A stretch of DNA of 64,000 nucleotides from Chiloscyllium plagiosum (taxonomy: Eukaryota). The position numbers and the translations under genes are program-made. Each line of letters begins with the position of its first letter. Position 1 is the first letter of the stretch. A model generated the notes under the pieces. That model had not been told where the DNA came from. It ran no database searches and saw only the letters and a program-made list of their open reading frames with translations. Below, piece by piece: positions 10,501 to 23,274 of the stretch. The stretch covers positions 2,275,199 through 2,339,198 of the forward strand of contig NC_057759.1 in the NCBI RefSeq assembly GCF_004010195.1, written 5' to 3'.

Positions 10501-11710
10501 CTTATCTTTCTTTCTCTCTCATCTCTCTCCTCCCCTTTCTTTATTTTCTACCTATATTTTTCAAAATGTAATTTCAGTTTTTTCTAACTCTACTGCCCTT
10601 GTCTATTTCTCTGACACACCTAAGTGCTTGACAAACCCCCTTACTTTATTTATCAGCTTCACTTTTATCGTTGATTTAACCTAATTCTAATCTCTTTACT
10701 AATTCTAAAAGTATGACCTTTTTCTGTTTTTTTAAACTTTCTTGGGAAATTTGGAAAATATCTTCCAACCACAGAAACTCTTTAAAAATCTTAAGAGCCA
10801 TTCTTCTTACTTCTACTTTAATCAACCACATGCAACTGAAATGAAAGAAATTGTCTCACCTACGTTCTATTTAAAGATCTAGGACAGTAAATGGCGAGTG
10901 TTTAAATCTGCTGGGATCTTCCGTACACCAAATCTATTCAAATCAGTCCAAATATAAGGCAAGCTGTGCCTAGACCCATCCAAATCATGCACCCGAACCC
11001 CCAAACTCTTACGACACGGCGGTGAACCATTCTGCTAATTTAAGCAGAATTAGGAACACTCACAATCTCCTAATCAATTAAAGTATGAGTGACAAAGACC
11101 TCTCAAATTTCAATATTTACAGAGAAAAAAAGTCAATTTATGTTTTATCTCTAAAAGTGAATGCTAGACAGTTTCTGCTTACAACTCTAAGACTCCTGTC
11201 TCTGAACTGCTTGTTATGTGCCTCCCAGTTTCTCACAATAATAGCTAGTCGTATTATTGTTGTATCAACTAAACTTCAAACCACACAGCAGCTGTCGTCT
11301 ACGGTGTCCTTCTTCTTTCAGCTGTGATCTCCCTGGGCCATCTTCTGCGTTTTCCTGCAAAGATATTTCATATGAATCAAAGGTACAAAAGATGGAGCAA
11401 GTTTTGAATGCCAGTCTCTTTCTAGAAGGCAATTATTATATGTCGATGGCAGTTGGGCTCTGTCTAAATTTTAAAATGTCTAAAATCTTTTAAAGATCCA
11501 AACTTCTGATCATCTGATTAGTTTGAGGCTATCAAAAAAGAATAACTTCAAACTCAAAGGGTTTTAATATCCCGAGGCACAATTTAAACTTATTGGTTAG
11601 GTGCAAATTGTGGTCAAAACAATGTGAAGTATCTAGTGTACAGCCAAATGTTAAATATTTTCAATTTTCCAGTACACTCTAAGACTGCCAATCAGTCACA
11701 TGACAGGTGC
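7565..11710 (-). mobile_element. Gypsy-type (Gmr1/SCAN-like gag) LTR retrotransposon remnant: 5' LTR, PBS, gag, protease
   Basis: LTR ~11007..11710; Pro-tRNA-like PBS TGGGGGTTCG (10991..11003); gag LVPEAYRQRFR...VEEFKNS; zinc knuckle CFHCNGVGHRKLQC (8294..8335); decayed protease IILSDT..QSLI and GIQFYLWNDL; homologous to 41047..42675. Confidence 0.85.
8771..10021 (+). mobile_element. 5'-truncated CR1 LINE inserted into the Gypsy gag
   Basis: GVPQGSVLGPLLF, SKFADDTK, LVRPHLEYCVQFWSP; (TTCTATG)n tail; gag sequence resumes on both sides. Confidence 0.95.
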
Positions 11711-11759
11711 CTGCAAGATCTCAGTGCAAAACAGATTCTACTCACTCTTAATGGTACAG

Positions 11760-12390
11760 TACACGCCATCAACTCCATAACACACTGACCACAGGGACAG
11801 GAGACTGACCCCACTGTGTGCGTGCCACTGAATCCGGTGATCAGACTGACCTTTCTGAGTCCATATCACTTTCCCAGAGGAGTGCAAAATCACCCCACTA
11901 TGTATGAATAACTGACGCAGGGGAGAACAGATTGACCTTTGGGAGAGCAGACGTATATCACTCATCCAGGGGAAAGCAGTCTGGCCCCACTATGTCTGCA
12001 TCACTGACCCAAGAGAGGCGGCAGACCGCACCCATCCACCTGTGTCTGTATCTCTGAAGCCAGGTCGAGCAGACTGATCCCACTAGGCCTGTGTCACAAA
12101 TCCAGGGAGAGCACACTGACCCATTTGCATTCGTGTAACAACGTGGAAGAGAGCAGACCGAACCCATTGTGTCTGCATCATAGACCTCGGGGAGAGTAGG
12201 TTGACCCTCAATATGTATGTGGCACTGACACAATGGAGAGCCGACTGCATCTAAATTGAGTGTCTGATTGATGCTGGGGAGTATAGGCAGACCTATTGTG
12301 TCTGCTCAATTACCAAGGGGAGGGCATTCTGATCGCCCGTGATGGTTCCTTGACTCTGGGAAGAGCAGACTGACCCCAATTTGTCTGCAT
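11760..12390. repeat. Degenerate minisatellite, ~43-bp unit
   Basis: Recurring GGGGAGAGCAGACTGACCCCACTGTGTCTGTATCACTGACCCA-like unit. Confidence 0.8.
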
Positions 12391-12929
12391 GGTGGTTTCC
12401 GACGAAATAAGAAAAGATATCCTGATTGTCTCAAAAATCCAGTTTTGTATCTTATAAATTGCCTATATAATTACACTTTAATTATTTCTCAGATCTAGCT
12501 TTAATTATGCTCTTCATACACTGTTTACTTGTTCCTCTCAGAAAATGAGAAAACCGGACCATCCATTCCATTAGTCGATTTATTTGGAAGTTATTCCCAC
12601 AATCAATAAAATCTCAGGAAGACGAAGTTTATCACTTACTCTCCTGTCTGCTTCGAACAGATTTCAACTGCACTTGAAGTCAGCCTTTGGAATAGACTGT
12701 GTAAACTTAACCTTTGTTATGCTGTAGCTTATTTATATAATTTTCAGATTTCAAAGCAAGCTAAGAATATAGACATGACCTCCAGTGTTGAAGAGTAGTT
12801 ACATGCCGAAATTTAGCCATCAGCATTTGCTGATAACTTTTCGCAACAATAAAAATACAGAAATAGAATCGCAGGAATATAGATTAGTGTGATCAACTTC
12901 TCCATCTTGGACTAATGTAACAATTTCTA

Positions 12930-13640
12930 TATACCTGAGTGTCCTTGTGCATCAGTCACTGAAGGTAAGCATACGCGTGGCAGCAGGCAGTAGGGAATGC
13001 CAAATGCTATGTTTCCCTTCTTTGAAGAGGTTTCGAGTAGAGGAGCAGGGATGTTGTTGTTGCAGTTAGACAGGACAGTGGTGAAGCTACGCCTAAAATA
13101 TTATGGGCACTTTTAATCTCATTTTCTGAGGAGGGATGCTCTTGCCCTCGAGGAAGTGCAGCAAGGGTTTACAAGGCTGATTCTGTGGATGACGGGATTG
13201 ATGCATGACTAGAGACTGACGAGGTTAGAATTGTTTTCACTGGACTTCAGACGAGAGGATGGGAGAGCGATCTCAAATACACTTACGAGAGAGGGTAGAT
13301 GCAGGCAGGATGTTCCTTATGGTAGGTGCATCTAGAATCAGGGATTAATGTCTGAGGATTCTGGGTGGACCATATAAGAAGGAGATGTGGAGCTATTTTT
13401 CCACGAAAAGCGTGGTGAGCCTGTGGAATTCATTACCACAGGAAACTGCTGATGCTAAAACCTTAAATGTATTCAAGAGTCAGCTTGATAGAGCAATTAA
13501 GGTTGATAGAGCAATGAATGAGATTAAAGGTTCTGGGAGAGAAAGCAGGATTAGGGTTTTGAGTTGGATAATCAGCAATAATCATGATAAATGGCAAAGC
13601 AGGCTGCTCCTCCTTCTGTTCCTATGTTTCTATGATTCCT
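12930..13640 (+). mobile_element. Old CR1-like LINE 3' fragment
   Basis: VVSLWNSLPQE C-terminal motif and CCTATGTTTCTATG tail. Confidence 0.8.
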
Positions 13641-15139
13641 CTTGTGCAGCCGTAACTGTGGGAAAACTCTTTTGTTTCAGGAACGCTGCCCTGAAAGCTG
13701 TTCTCTCTCTCTCTCGCCCTCTCTCTCTCTCTTTCCCTCTCTCTCTCTATAATTCATTTCCCTTTGCAGCCATTCCAGTTAGTTCCAGGTACTTAAGCAT
13801 CCTCTTTTGGGATTGGGAGGGTTAGTGGTTTGGACAATTTATCTCCCATCTTTGGCAGCGAGCGGTCATGTCCATGCCAGCTGGACCGTTTGTATCTGTA
13901 TTCAATCCTCCCCCATTTTAACATTTTGTTTTGCTGGGACTGTATTTTGTGTTGTTTGATCAATAAGGGGAATAAACAGGGCCCTTAGTCATTGTTGAAT
14001 TCAGTGGTGGATTCAATTCTTTTTCTCTTTCTCATATTTCACTTTCCAACTAGCTTAGTGAGGAGTACTATGGTCTTCTACTGAACTCCTGGATGATAGA
14101 GTTCGGAGGAGTTGTTTGGGGATCTCGATTCCTTTGTTTGGGGATTTCTTCTGGTTTCTCCAGAATTAATTTGAATTGCTCACAGACATCATTTCATTGG
14201 AATTTGATCTCCCAATCATGACTTATCTTCTGTATTATCTCATTGCGTATCTGGGTATATCCCATTAGGATGAGAGGCCATCTTTTCACCAGTTTGGGGT
14301 TGGGAAGATTATTGTTTGCCCATTGTGCATGTTCATATTTAACGTAAAACTTTTTGCCCTCTGTTTTTATTTTTCTTTCTGAATCCTGCTCTGTACTGTT
14401 GTTAAAACTGGCTAGTCCTCTTCTTCAGACTCACTGGATCTGCGACCAGATTGTTTGCCCCCATTTTCCAAGACACTCACCATATCCAGGTCTTGGAGTG
14501 TCCCAGAGTCTGTAGATAATGGAGTATTCGCATATGGTGAAGGTTAAGGATTTTTCATTGATAGACACTTCTCCCTTTCAGACAATGTTTTGTTTTGCCG
14601 TTTTAAGTTATTCACAAACAGCTTTAAATTGTTCCTTTAGATTATTCATTTCCCGATCATGATTGGATTTGGCTAAGATCTCTTGTCGCTGTCTAATTTG
14701 TTGCATAACCAGCGAATGCATTTTGTAACAGATGTCTTTCCTCCAAATAATTTTAATATCATCCAGGGACCATTGGCGTGTGGAGTTTCCATACTTCTTT
14801 TTAACAAAATGTTTGAGAGATCACAGTATTGTTCAATGTATTCCTTTAATTTTTGGAGAACTTCCTTTAGAAATATCTGGTGGAAGCCTGTCCTCTTTTT
14901 ACTGTTATTGTTAATTCGGGCTGACTCATTGTTTCTGAATATTTACATGGACTCAATAAGCAATAGGCTAGACTTCACAGATTCTCTCTCTGCCACTGTT
15001 AGATGTCGGTTAGGAGGCCATGAGTCGCACTCCACTCGTCAATGGGTCGGTCTCAGCTGATAGGTTAGTCATATCAATTTGTTTTAGGGGAGATGCCTAA
15101 TTATTGCTTTCTCTGATAAGTACAGATGTCTGTACCTAT

Positions 15140-17380
15140 TTGCCGAGAGGTGCGAGGGAGGAGCGAAGGACTTCTCGGAAGGTGAGTCTAACAGTTTAAA
15201 ACACTTTCTTCAGGCGTGGGGGCCTCCATTTGCCAAGAGGTGCGAGGGAGGAGCGAAGGACTTCTGGGAAGTTTGTAAGTTGGTGAGATGTAAAACTGAC
15301 TACAGGGAGTTTGGTTGGAATCTGAAGAGCAGGACGAGGAGAGTAGTGATCTCAGGTTTGCTACTGGTGTCACGACTTAGTGAAATGAGGAACAGTCAGT
15401 GAATGCAGCTTAACACGTGGCTGCGAGGCTGCTGCAGGAGGGACGACTTCAGATACCGAGACCATTGGGATACCTCCTGGGGAAGATGCGACCTGTACAC
15501 AAAGGATGGGTTGCACCTGAATTGGAGGGGAACAAATATCCTGGGTGGGAGATTTGCTTGTGAGATTCGGGAGGGTTTAAACTAGTTTGGCAGACGGTGG
15601 GAATCAGAGCCACGTGTCTGAGAGGGGATCAGTGACAGGATATATTGAATCTATCAGAAAGGTTTGTCATGCGACGAAACGTAGGGATCGGTTAAAGTGT
15701 GTCTGCTTTAATGCAAGGAGTGTCCAGAATAAGAGTGACAAATTTAGAGCATGGATCAGTACTTGGGGCTATGATGTTGTGGCTATAGCGGAGACGTGGG
15801 TTTCACACGAACAGGAATAGTTGCTTGATATTCCAGGGTCTAGAATATTTAAAAAAGAACAGGGAGGGTAGAAAAAAAATGGGTGCAGCATTGCTAATCA
15901 GAGAGTACATCACAGCTACGGAAACGAAAGTTGCTGAGGAAGGTTTGTCTACTGAGTCAGTATAGGTGGAAGTTAGGAACAGCAAGGGAACAGCCACCAC
16001 ATTTGGGGATTTTCTACAGACCACCTAATAGCAGGAGAGAGATTGAAGATCTTACAGGTGGGCAGATTCTGGAAAAATGCAAAAGGAGCAGGGATGTTGT
16101 TATGGATGACTTCAACTTTCCCACTATCGACTAGAACCTCCAAAGTGCAGATGGTTTGAATGGAGCCATTTTTGTCAGGTATGTTCAGGAGGTTTCCTTA
16201 CTCAGTATGTAGACAGACCGACGAGGGGAGAGGCCATTTTGGATTTGGTGCTCGGCCCGAAACGTCGAATCTCCTGTTCCCTGGATGCTGCCTGACCTGC
16301 TGTGCTGTTCCAGCAATAAAGTTTCAACTGCCTCACATTTAGCATAGCCTTGGAGAGTGAAAGGAGTAGTTACCGAGGGAAGATAGTTAACTGGGGAAAA
16401 GGAAATTATGACGCTATCAGACAGGAGTTGGGAAGTACAGACTGGGAGCAATTGTTCCACAGAAAGGGCACAGCAGACATGTGGAGATTATTTAAGGAGC
16501 AGTTGTTGCGAGTGATGCACAAATTTGTTCCTCTCAGACAGTTAAGAAGGGGTAAGATTAAGGAACCTTGGCTTACGAGAACAGAGGAAGTTGTCGTCAA
16601 AAGGAAGAAGGCAGCTTACGTAAGGTGGAGGAAGCAATGATCCAGCACAGCTTTAGAGGATTACAAGCTTGCTAGAAAGGAGCTCAGAAATGGACTGAGG
16701 AGAGCCAGGAGGGGGCATGAAAAAGGCTTGGCAAGTCGGATTAGGGATAATCCAAAGGTATTTTACTCATACTTGAGGAATAAGAGAATACTCAGGGATA
16801 AGGTAGGGCCGATCAGGGACAGCGGAGCGAACTTGTGCGTGGAGTGTCAGCAGATGGGGAAGCCCTAAATGAGTTTTTTGCTTCAGTTTTCAACAAAGAA
16901 AGGGAACTTGTTGTAAATGAAAGCTTAGAGGAGCTGGGATACAGTCTTGACCAGATCAAGATTGATGACGTTGATGTGCTAGAAATTTTGGAAAACATTA
17001 TGATTGATAAGTCCCCAGGAGGAAGAGAGGAAACCTGATGGAGGTGTACAAAATAATGAAAGGAATAGCCAGAGACTTTTCCCCATGGCAGGATTGACTG
17101 GTATGAGAAGTCATAGTTTGAAGATATTATGAGTAAGGTATAAAGGAGATATCAGAGATATGTTCTTTACGCAGAGAATTGTGAATGCATGGAATGCATT
17201 GCTAGCAGTGGTGGTGGAAGCAGAGTCATTGGGAACATTTATGCAACTGCTGGACATGCACATGGATAGCAGTGAAATGAAGGGTGCATAGGTTAAGTTA
17301 CCATATTTTACATTAGGATTAAATCTCGGCACAACATCGTGGGCCAACGGGCCTGTTCTGTGCTGTACTTTTCTATGTCT
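15140..17380 (+). mobile_element. CR1 LINE with 5' UTR and 3' tail but large internal deletions
   Basis: ~40-bp direct repeats at 15142 and 15231; ORF1 esterase end DGLHLNWRG; endonuclease FNARSVQNK..VAIAETW; jumps from DKSPG (~17020) to the extreme C-terminus. Confidence 0.9.
16255..16329 (+). mobile_element. Family-C Penelope-type tail fragment (3' half of hammerhead) inside CR1
   Basis: gcccgaaacgtcgaatctcctgttccctggatgctgcctgacctgctg matches the arms at 24379..24540. Confidence 0.8.
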
Positions 17381-18889
17381 GTTAGTGATATGGCCTCTAG
17401 TGGGAGATCATGGACAAGTTATGAACTGTGTCGGATATAGTGGATCTTGGTTTTCATGATCACCTGAAGACATTTAAAATCGAGAAGAGTCCTTACCTTC
17501 AGGCACTAATATGGTATAGGGATTCTTCACTGTTCCAACATTTGACTTTGAAAACCTGTCAGCTACGCAAAATTGTTTGGTTCCTCGGAATTGAGGAATG
17601 AGACTGTGATCTTTTCAGACATCTGGCTTTATTTCCTCTATATATAGACTACGAAAGTGCAAGACACATCTTCAGCAACAGCTTTGATTATGCTCCTTCC
17701 ATATGTTTTACTTGATCCTTCCTGAAACCGCAAAAAGCGGTCAGTGTATTCTGTTCGTCTACCTACTCGCAAGCTGTTCCTCGCATTGTAACTCCAAGGC
17801 CTCGGCAACAGTCTGTTTGTCACGAATGTGTCTCATGTGGGCTTCAACCAGATTTTCAACGGCATTTGCAAGCCAGCTCTTTGCAATTGCATTTGGAAAT
17901 GGAACCCTTGTTATGCTTTAGCTTAATCGCCCAAATTTCAATGTGCTCCACAGTTGAGTTGACACAAATACATAAATATGGATGTTTTCCTTTGTTCGGG
18001 CACAACTCTCTGGATTTTCTACCTCCGGGTAGAAAATCTTTGATGCTAGATTGAACTTCTGGTTGTTAAGTAAACCATTTGGTCGTCCCACCCTAACTGT
18101 TCAGTGTAGATGAGTTGGGCCAAAGGGTCCGTTTCCTAGTTGTATAACAATAACTCTATGACTGAACTTCCTCCAAGTTAACAAAGAAGGGTTCCTGGAC
18201 TAGGCAATTTAACACTACCTTTTCTCTACATATATTACAGTGCTCCCCCCAAAAAATCTGTTGTTGCTTCAGATCTTAGCAGCAGCAGTTCTTTGTTTTT
18301 TTCCTAAATGGCATCACCTCATCCCTCACTGCACCACACTACCTATACTAGATTTCCTAACCATAGGGAAACATCTTCCATGCTTCCAGCCTGACTATCT
18401 CTTTCAGTAATGTGTATGTGTCAATGAGCTCATCTCTAAGACATAAGAAGGGAATGAATGGAAAAGCCTTCACGCAATGCCCCACTTCCCCATACCCTGA
18501 GCTAGAATTGGGCTGGGCGGGGGGAGAGTCGGGTTGAGCAAATCCCCTAGAGGCTTATCACTCTGGAGAAATGACGCTGGTCAAAAAACTAAAGCTGCAA
18601 TAAATATGAGCTGAAACCACCACAGCTCCCCTCTGGAACTTAGATCCTCATTGGGAGCTATGAGAATGAACAAGACCCCTCACGTATTGCTATCAAAATC
18701 TGAAGCAGTAACAAAGCTGTATCATGATAAAGTTGGACTTGAACTTACCAGCAGTATTGGACTCTCTATGAAACATAAGGTCCAACAGTGTGTCAATCCA
18801 GCTGCAATGGCTTTTTATCGGATCCAGACTTTGCTGCTCTATTAACGATGTCTGAATCCATCCACACTCAGTACTCCTAGTAAGGACTG

Positions 18890-21350
18890 TTTAAATCCAT
18901 TGTCAAACTGTTCGCCTAGCAACAGCCTGCAAATCCATCCGAAGTCTGTTTCCTTAGCAACAGCCTGTGAACGCATTTCAACTCTGTTCCCCTAGCAACA
19001 AACTGTAAAACCATCCTCACATAATTCTCCCAGCAACAGCCTCTCAACCCATCCCCATTCTGTTCACCTAGTAGCAATCTGTGAACCCACTATTACTCCG
19101 TTTCATTAGCAAAGGGCTGTGGAACTGTCCAATGGCTGTTCCACCCTAATGGCCAATAAACTCATCCCAACTAAGTTCTCCTGGCAACAGCCTGTGAATC
19201 CCAGCCATCTTTTCCCACGAGGGATGTCCCGTGAAACCATGCACACTCTGCTTCCTTAGAAACAACCTGTGACCCATCCCCACTCTGTTTCCCTAACAAT
19301 AGCCTGGGAATGCATTGTCACTCTGTTCCCATAGCATCAACATGTGAACACATCCCAACTCTGTTCTCCTAGCAACAACCTGGGAACATGTCCCCATTCT
19401 GTTACCCCAGCAATGGCATGTGAAACTACCCTAGTCTGTTCGCTTAACAGCGACCTGGAACCTAACCCTGCTGTTATCATCTCGCAATGATCTGTGTACC
19501 CATCATTTGTGGGATGTCCAAGCAAAGACGTTTGAACTCATACTCAGTCTGATCACCCAGCTTCATCCTTTGAACCCAATCTGTTCGATGGCAATGGAAT
19601 GTTATGTGCCTGCACTATATTCACATGGTAACAGCCTGTGAATCCATCCTCATTCTATTCTCCAAGCAAAAGTCTGACACCTCATCCCCGCTCTGTTTCC
19701 TAGCAATGGTCTTTGACCCCATTCTCTATTGGTTCTCCTAACAATGGCTGTGAACCCATTCCCACTTTGCTGTCCGAGCAACGGCCTATAAATCCACCCC
19801 AACCCTGTTCTCATAGGAACGCCTGTAAACCCATCCACACTCTGTTCACAGAGCAATGGTGTGCGACGTTGTCCCCACTCTATTTCCCTTGCAACGACTG
19901 TAATCGGATTTCCACTTTTTCCCCCAGCAGCAGCCTGTGAACCCATCCCTACTCTGTTCTTCTGCCAATGGTCTGTGAACTCATCCCCAAATTGTTTGCC
20001 TAGAATGGGCCTGTGAACAATCCCCACTCTGTTTCACTGGCTAAAGACTGTGAACCCATCCTAAATATATTCCCCAATAACGGCCTGTGAATCCATACCC
20101 GCATAGTTTCGCCAGCACCATTTTGTGACAACATCCCCACTCTTTTCCTTTGACCACATCGCCAGCCTGTGAACATATCACCACTCAGTTCTCCTAGCAT
20201 TAGTCTGTCAAACCATTCTCTCTCTTCTTCTAGCAACTGCCTGTGAACATAATCCACAAAGTGGTCTCCCAGCAACAGTCCATGACCCTCATCCCTCTCT
20301 GTTTCCCTTGCAACAGTCTGTGATCACATCATCGCCCTGTTTTCCTAGCAACGGCCTGTGGACTAACCTCCACTCTTTTCCTTTACCAACGGTCTCTGCA
20401 AACATCCCTGCGCTTATTTCCTAGCAACAGCCTGTAACTCCATTCCCACTCTGATCTCCCAGCAACAGCCTGTGACCCAATCGGCGACATTGTGTCCCCA
20501 GCAATGAACTGTAATTTAGTCCTCACTCTGTTCTTCTAGTAGCGGCCTGTGAACTCATCCCTACACTATTCCCTCCATGGCATTCTCACGAATTGTCAGT
20601 GAAGCCATCGCCAGCTGAATATCCTAGCAAAGGCTTGTGACCCCATCCCCATTCTGTTCCCCAAACAATTACCCCTCTGTTCCCTAGCAACAGTCTGTGA
20701 AACCTTCTCCACACTCTTCTCCTAGCAACAGACTGTAACATTATCGTCAACTGTTCTCCTAACAACGGCGTGTGAACCCATCCCATTCTGTTCTCCTCTC
20801 AACAACTTGGAGACTCATTCACAATCTTTTCCTATAGCAATGGCCTGTGAACCCATCCTCACTCATATTCCCCAGAAACTGCCTGTGAACTCATTGCCAC
20901 TCTGTTCTCCTGGCAACGACAAGTGAACACATCCCTACAGTGTTCCCATGAAAATGGTCTGTACACCCATCCTCACTCTGTTCTCCCAGCAATGACTTGT
21001 GAATCCATCCCACTCTGTTCTCCTAGCAACGGCATGTGATCCCTTCTGCACTCTGTTCTCCTAGCAATGGCCTGTGAACCCATCCCCACTCTGTCCCACT
21101 AGGCACAGCCTGTAAACCCATCCTCACTTATTTTCTCCAGCAGCTACCTGTGGACTCATTGCCACTCTCTTCTCTGAGGAACGAATTGTGAGTGCATCCA
21201 TACTCTGTTCCTGTGACATCAACCTGCGAACCCATCCACATTCTGTACCCTTAGCAATGACATTTGAACTCATCACCATTCGGTTCTCCAAGCATCAACA
21301 TAGGAACCCATCCCAACTCTTCTCTCCGAACAACGGCGATTGAGCCCGTC
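18890..21350. repeat. Degenerate minisatellite, 38-bp unit, roughly 60-65 copies
   Basis: Consensus CCTAGCAACAGCCTGTGAACCCATCCCCACTCTGTTCT; e.g. CCTAGC at 21022 and 21060. Confidence 0.93.
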
Positions 21351-21808
21351 CGTACTTCTAAGAACAGATCCCATCACCATGGAAGGGAGCACAAGCGTGA
21401 GGAAAGTCGGAGAGAAGGAGAGTGGGAGACAGAGAGAGTGGAAGACCGAGAGAGAGCGAAGGAGAATGGGGCAGTTTGTGTAACACCAGAGGTGAAAGCA
21501 AGGGCAGAGTGACTTAAATTCAACTCCTGAGCTCGGGCTCGGTGCCCTCCCCTTTTCAATACAAAGACCACCAACAATATACTTCACTCTGTTGCTTGGC
21601 ACTTTGTGATGAACATTTCTGTTGTTTAAAAATTGAAGTGATAGATACTTTCAGTGGGATGGTGGCTTTTTGCAGTGATCCATGATTTGAGAGAAATGTT
21701 GAAATTCCCTCTGTGTATGAAGGTTGGACAAACCAGCACTACCCACACTCTGCTACCATATCGATAGGCTGCTTCATTTCTGAAGCACTGAACTGGAATG
21801 GGAAAATA

Positions 21809-22728
21809 TCAGATGGATTGATTAATGAGTGTATTTGTCGATTGATTAATTTGTGTAAAGTGATATTTCAGCACATTTTTCAGCTACTTTCTGAACTTAG
21901 TCTGTGTCAAAGCATAAATTGTGGTGTTTGGGCAGCAACCGAACAGCTGCAGAATTAAAGGCAATTCCTGCAAAAAGGACTGTAGATTCACAGTATCATG
22001 CCCAATCCAATACACCCGGTTCCATATGGAATACAACATTAGCGTAGGTCAGAACAGGATGAAATTGGCTGAGATCACAACAGTAAAATGTTGGATTTTT
22101 TTCGGTTTCTCATTTCTGTGTCAGATTGAGCGTCCCCATTCGGGTGAGCGCGGATTGTCCTGCGGGCTCTGCTGGTCACTAAAATGTGTCTGACAGTGAA
22201 AATATTGAGCAGCAGAATCAGGAGAAATGGGAAGGCCAGAGTTAAAATGTGGTGGAGGAACTCGATTGTAATTCAGGCAGGAGACTCATAAAAATCGCAT
22301 ATTATCTCACAAAACCAGGATTGCTTCTCCAGCTGATTTAAGGTACTAGCATAAAATATCAGATAATGATCTTTTAAACAGCTCAGCACCGTCACTACTC
22401 CCAAAACTGCAGCCACCATTTTCCCACTGCAATATTTACGTTTTAGTTTCTGGCAACAAATGGCCACAAGTTGATCAAAGGTGAAAGTTACGTTGAATCA
22501 GATAGAACCGTCAACGGCTGCATAAAGCAGGAAGATGTGGATGTTACACACGAGGATGTACCACATGAAATAAAACTGTTCATCATAAACAATGTCAGTT
22601 TGAGTCTCAATATCAGTTTGGTGATAATGACCAGTAGATCCGCTACTGCAATGGCCCCCAGTAACATCTGACACATGGAAACAATCTGCAATCGTTATAA
22701 AGCAGGACACGGATAGTCACTACGTTAA
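21809..22728 (-). pseudogene. GPR139/GPR142-like class A GPCR pseudogene, main coding exon
   Basis: Splice acceptor tttttcctttctcacag at 22729; reads (V)NVVTIRVLL..AIAVADLLVII..VCNIHIFLLYAAVDGSI*FNVTFTFDQLVAICCQKLKRKYC..PFLLILLLNIFTVRHILVTSRARR..CCPNTTIYALTQTKFRK*LK; several stops and frameshifts. Confidence 0.9.
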
Positions 22729-23274
22729 CTGTGAGAAAGGAAAAACAACAAATCATACATCAGACTGGAGGCAAAGTTACGAGTTTGATTGAGGACACAG
22801 TGAGATTTCCAAATTTGTCACATCATTCAGAAATTTATTGAAATACTTGGAGCTGAAATAACAAAGGTGAAGGTCTGAATTAATGAGAAAAGTGTGTCAT
22901 AAAACACAAGAATCCCTGCCTGTCCAAATACACAGACACATGTCCATAAGTAAGATGGTTTCGAGAATATTACAACACACTCGATCAATCAAGGCCAGAT
23001 ACTGGTCACTTCTTTATAATTCATAATACGGAGGGTGAAAACGTTGCTCTCCTGAAGGATTCTCACCCAATTCCTTGAAGAAAAGCGAAGGGTGAAAATT
23101 TGTTTTTTATTCTACATTGAGGTTGACCCTTCATAGTGAAGAAATGTAAACGCAGGGAAACGTATTCACCTCTTTCACTGCCTTTGAACTTTCGAACTGC
23201 TTTCGAACGGAATGTCTTCCTTCGGGATCTGATCTTTTGTTTAAAACACTGATATCCGGCCGTTCACAAGTAAT

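Noticed and set aside
10268..10684. 138-aa hydrophobic ORF (F/L/S-rich)
   Set aside because: Antisense shadow of the GA-rich E/R/K coiled-coil region of the Gypsy gag
17400..18080. Host exon on the minus strand (donor-like GAAG/GTAAGG near 17495)
   Set aside because: All frames contain stops and no protein family was recognised
18181..18300. Additional hammerhead relic
   Set aside because: Only vague similarity to the 37922 tail; core not recoverable
18890..21350. CRISPR-like array (38-bp periodicity)
   Set aside because: Units are contiguous and degenerate, with no unique spacers and no cas genes; eukaryotic context
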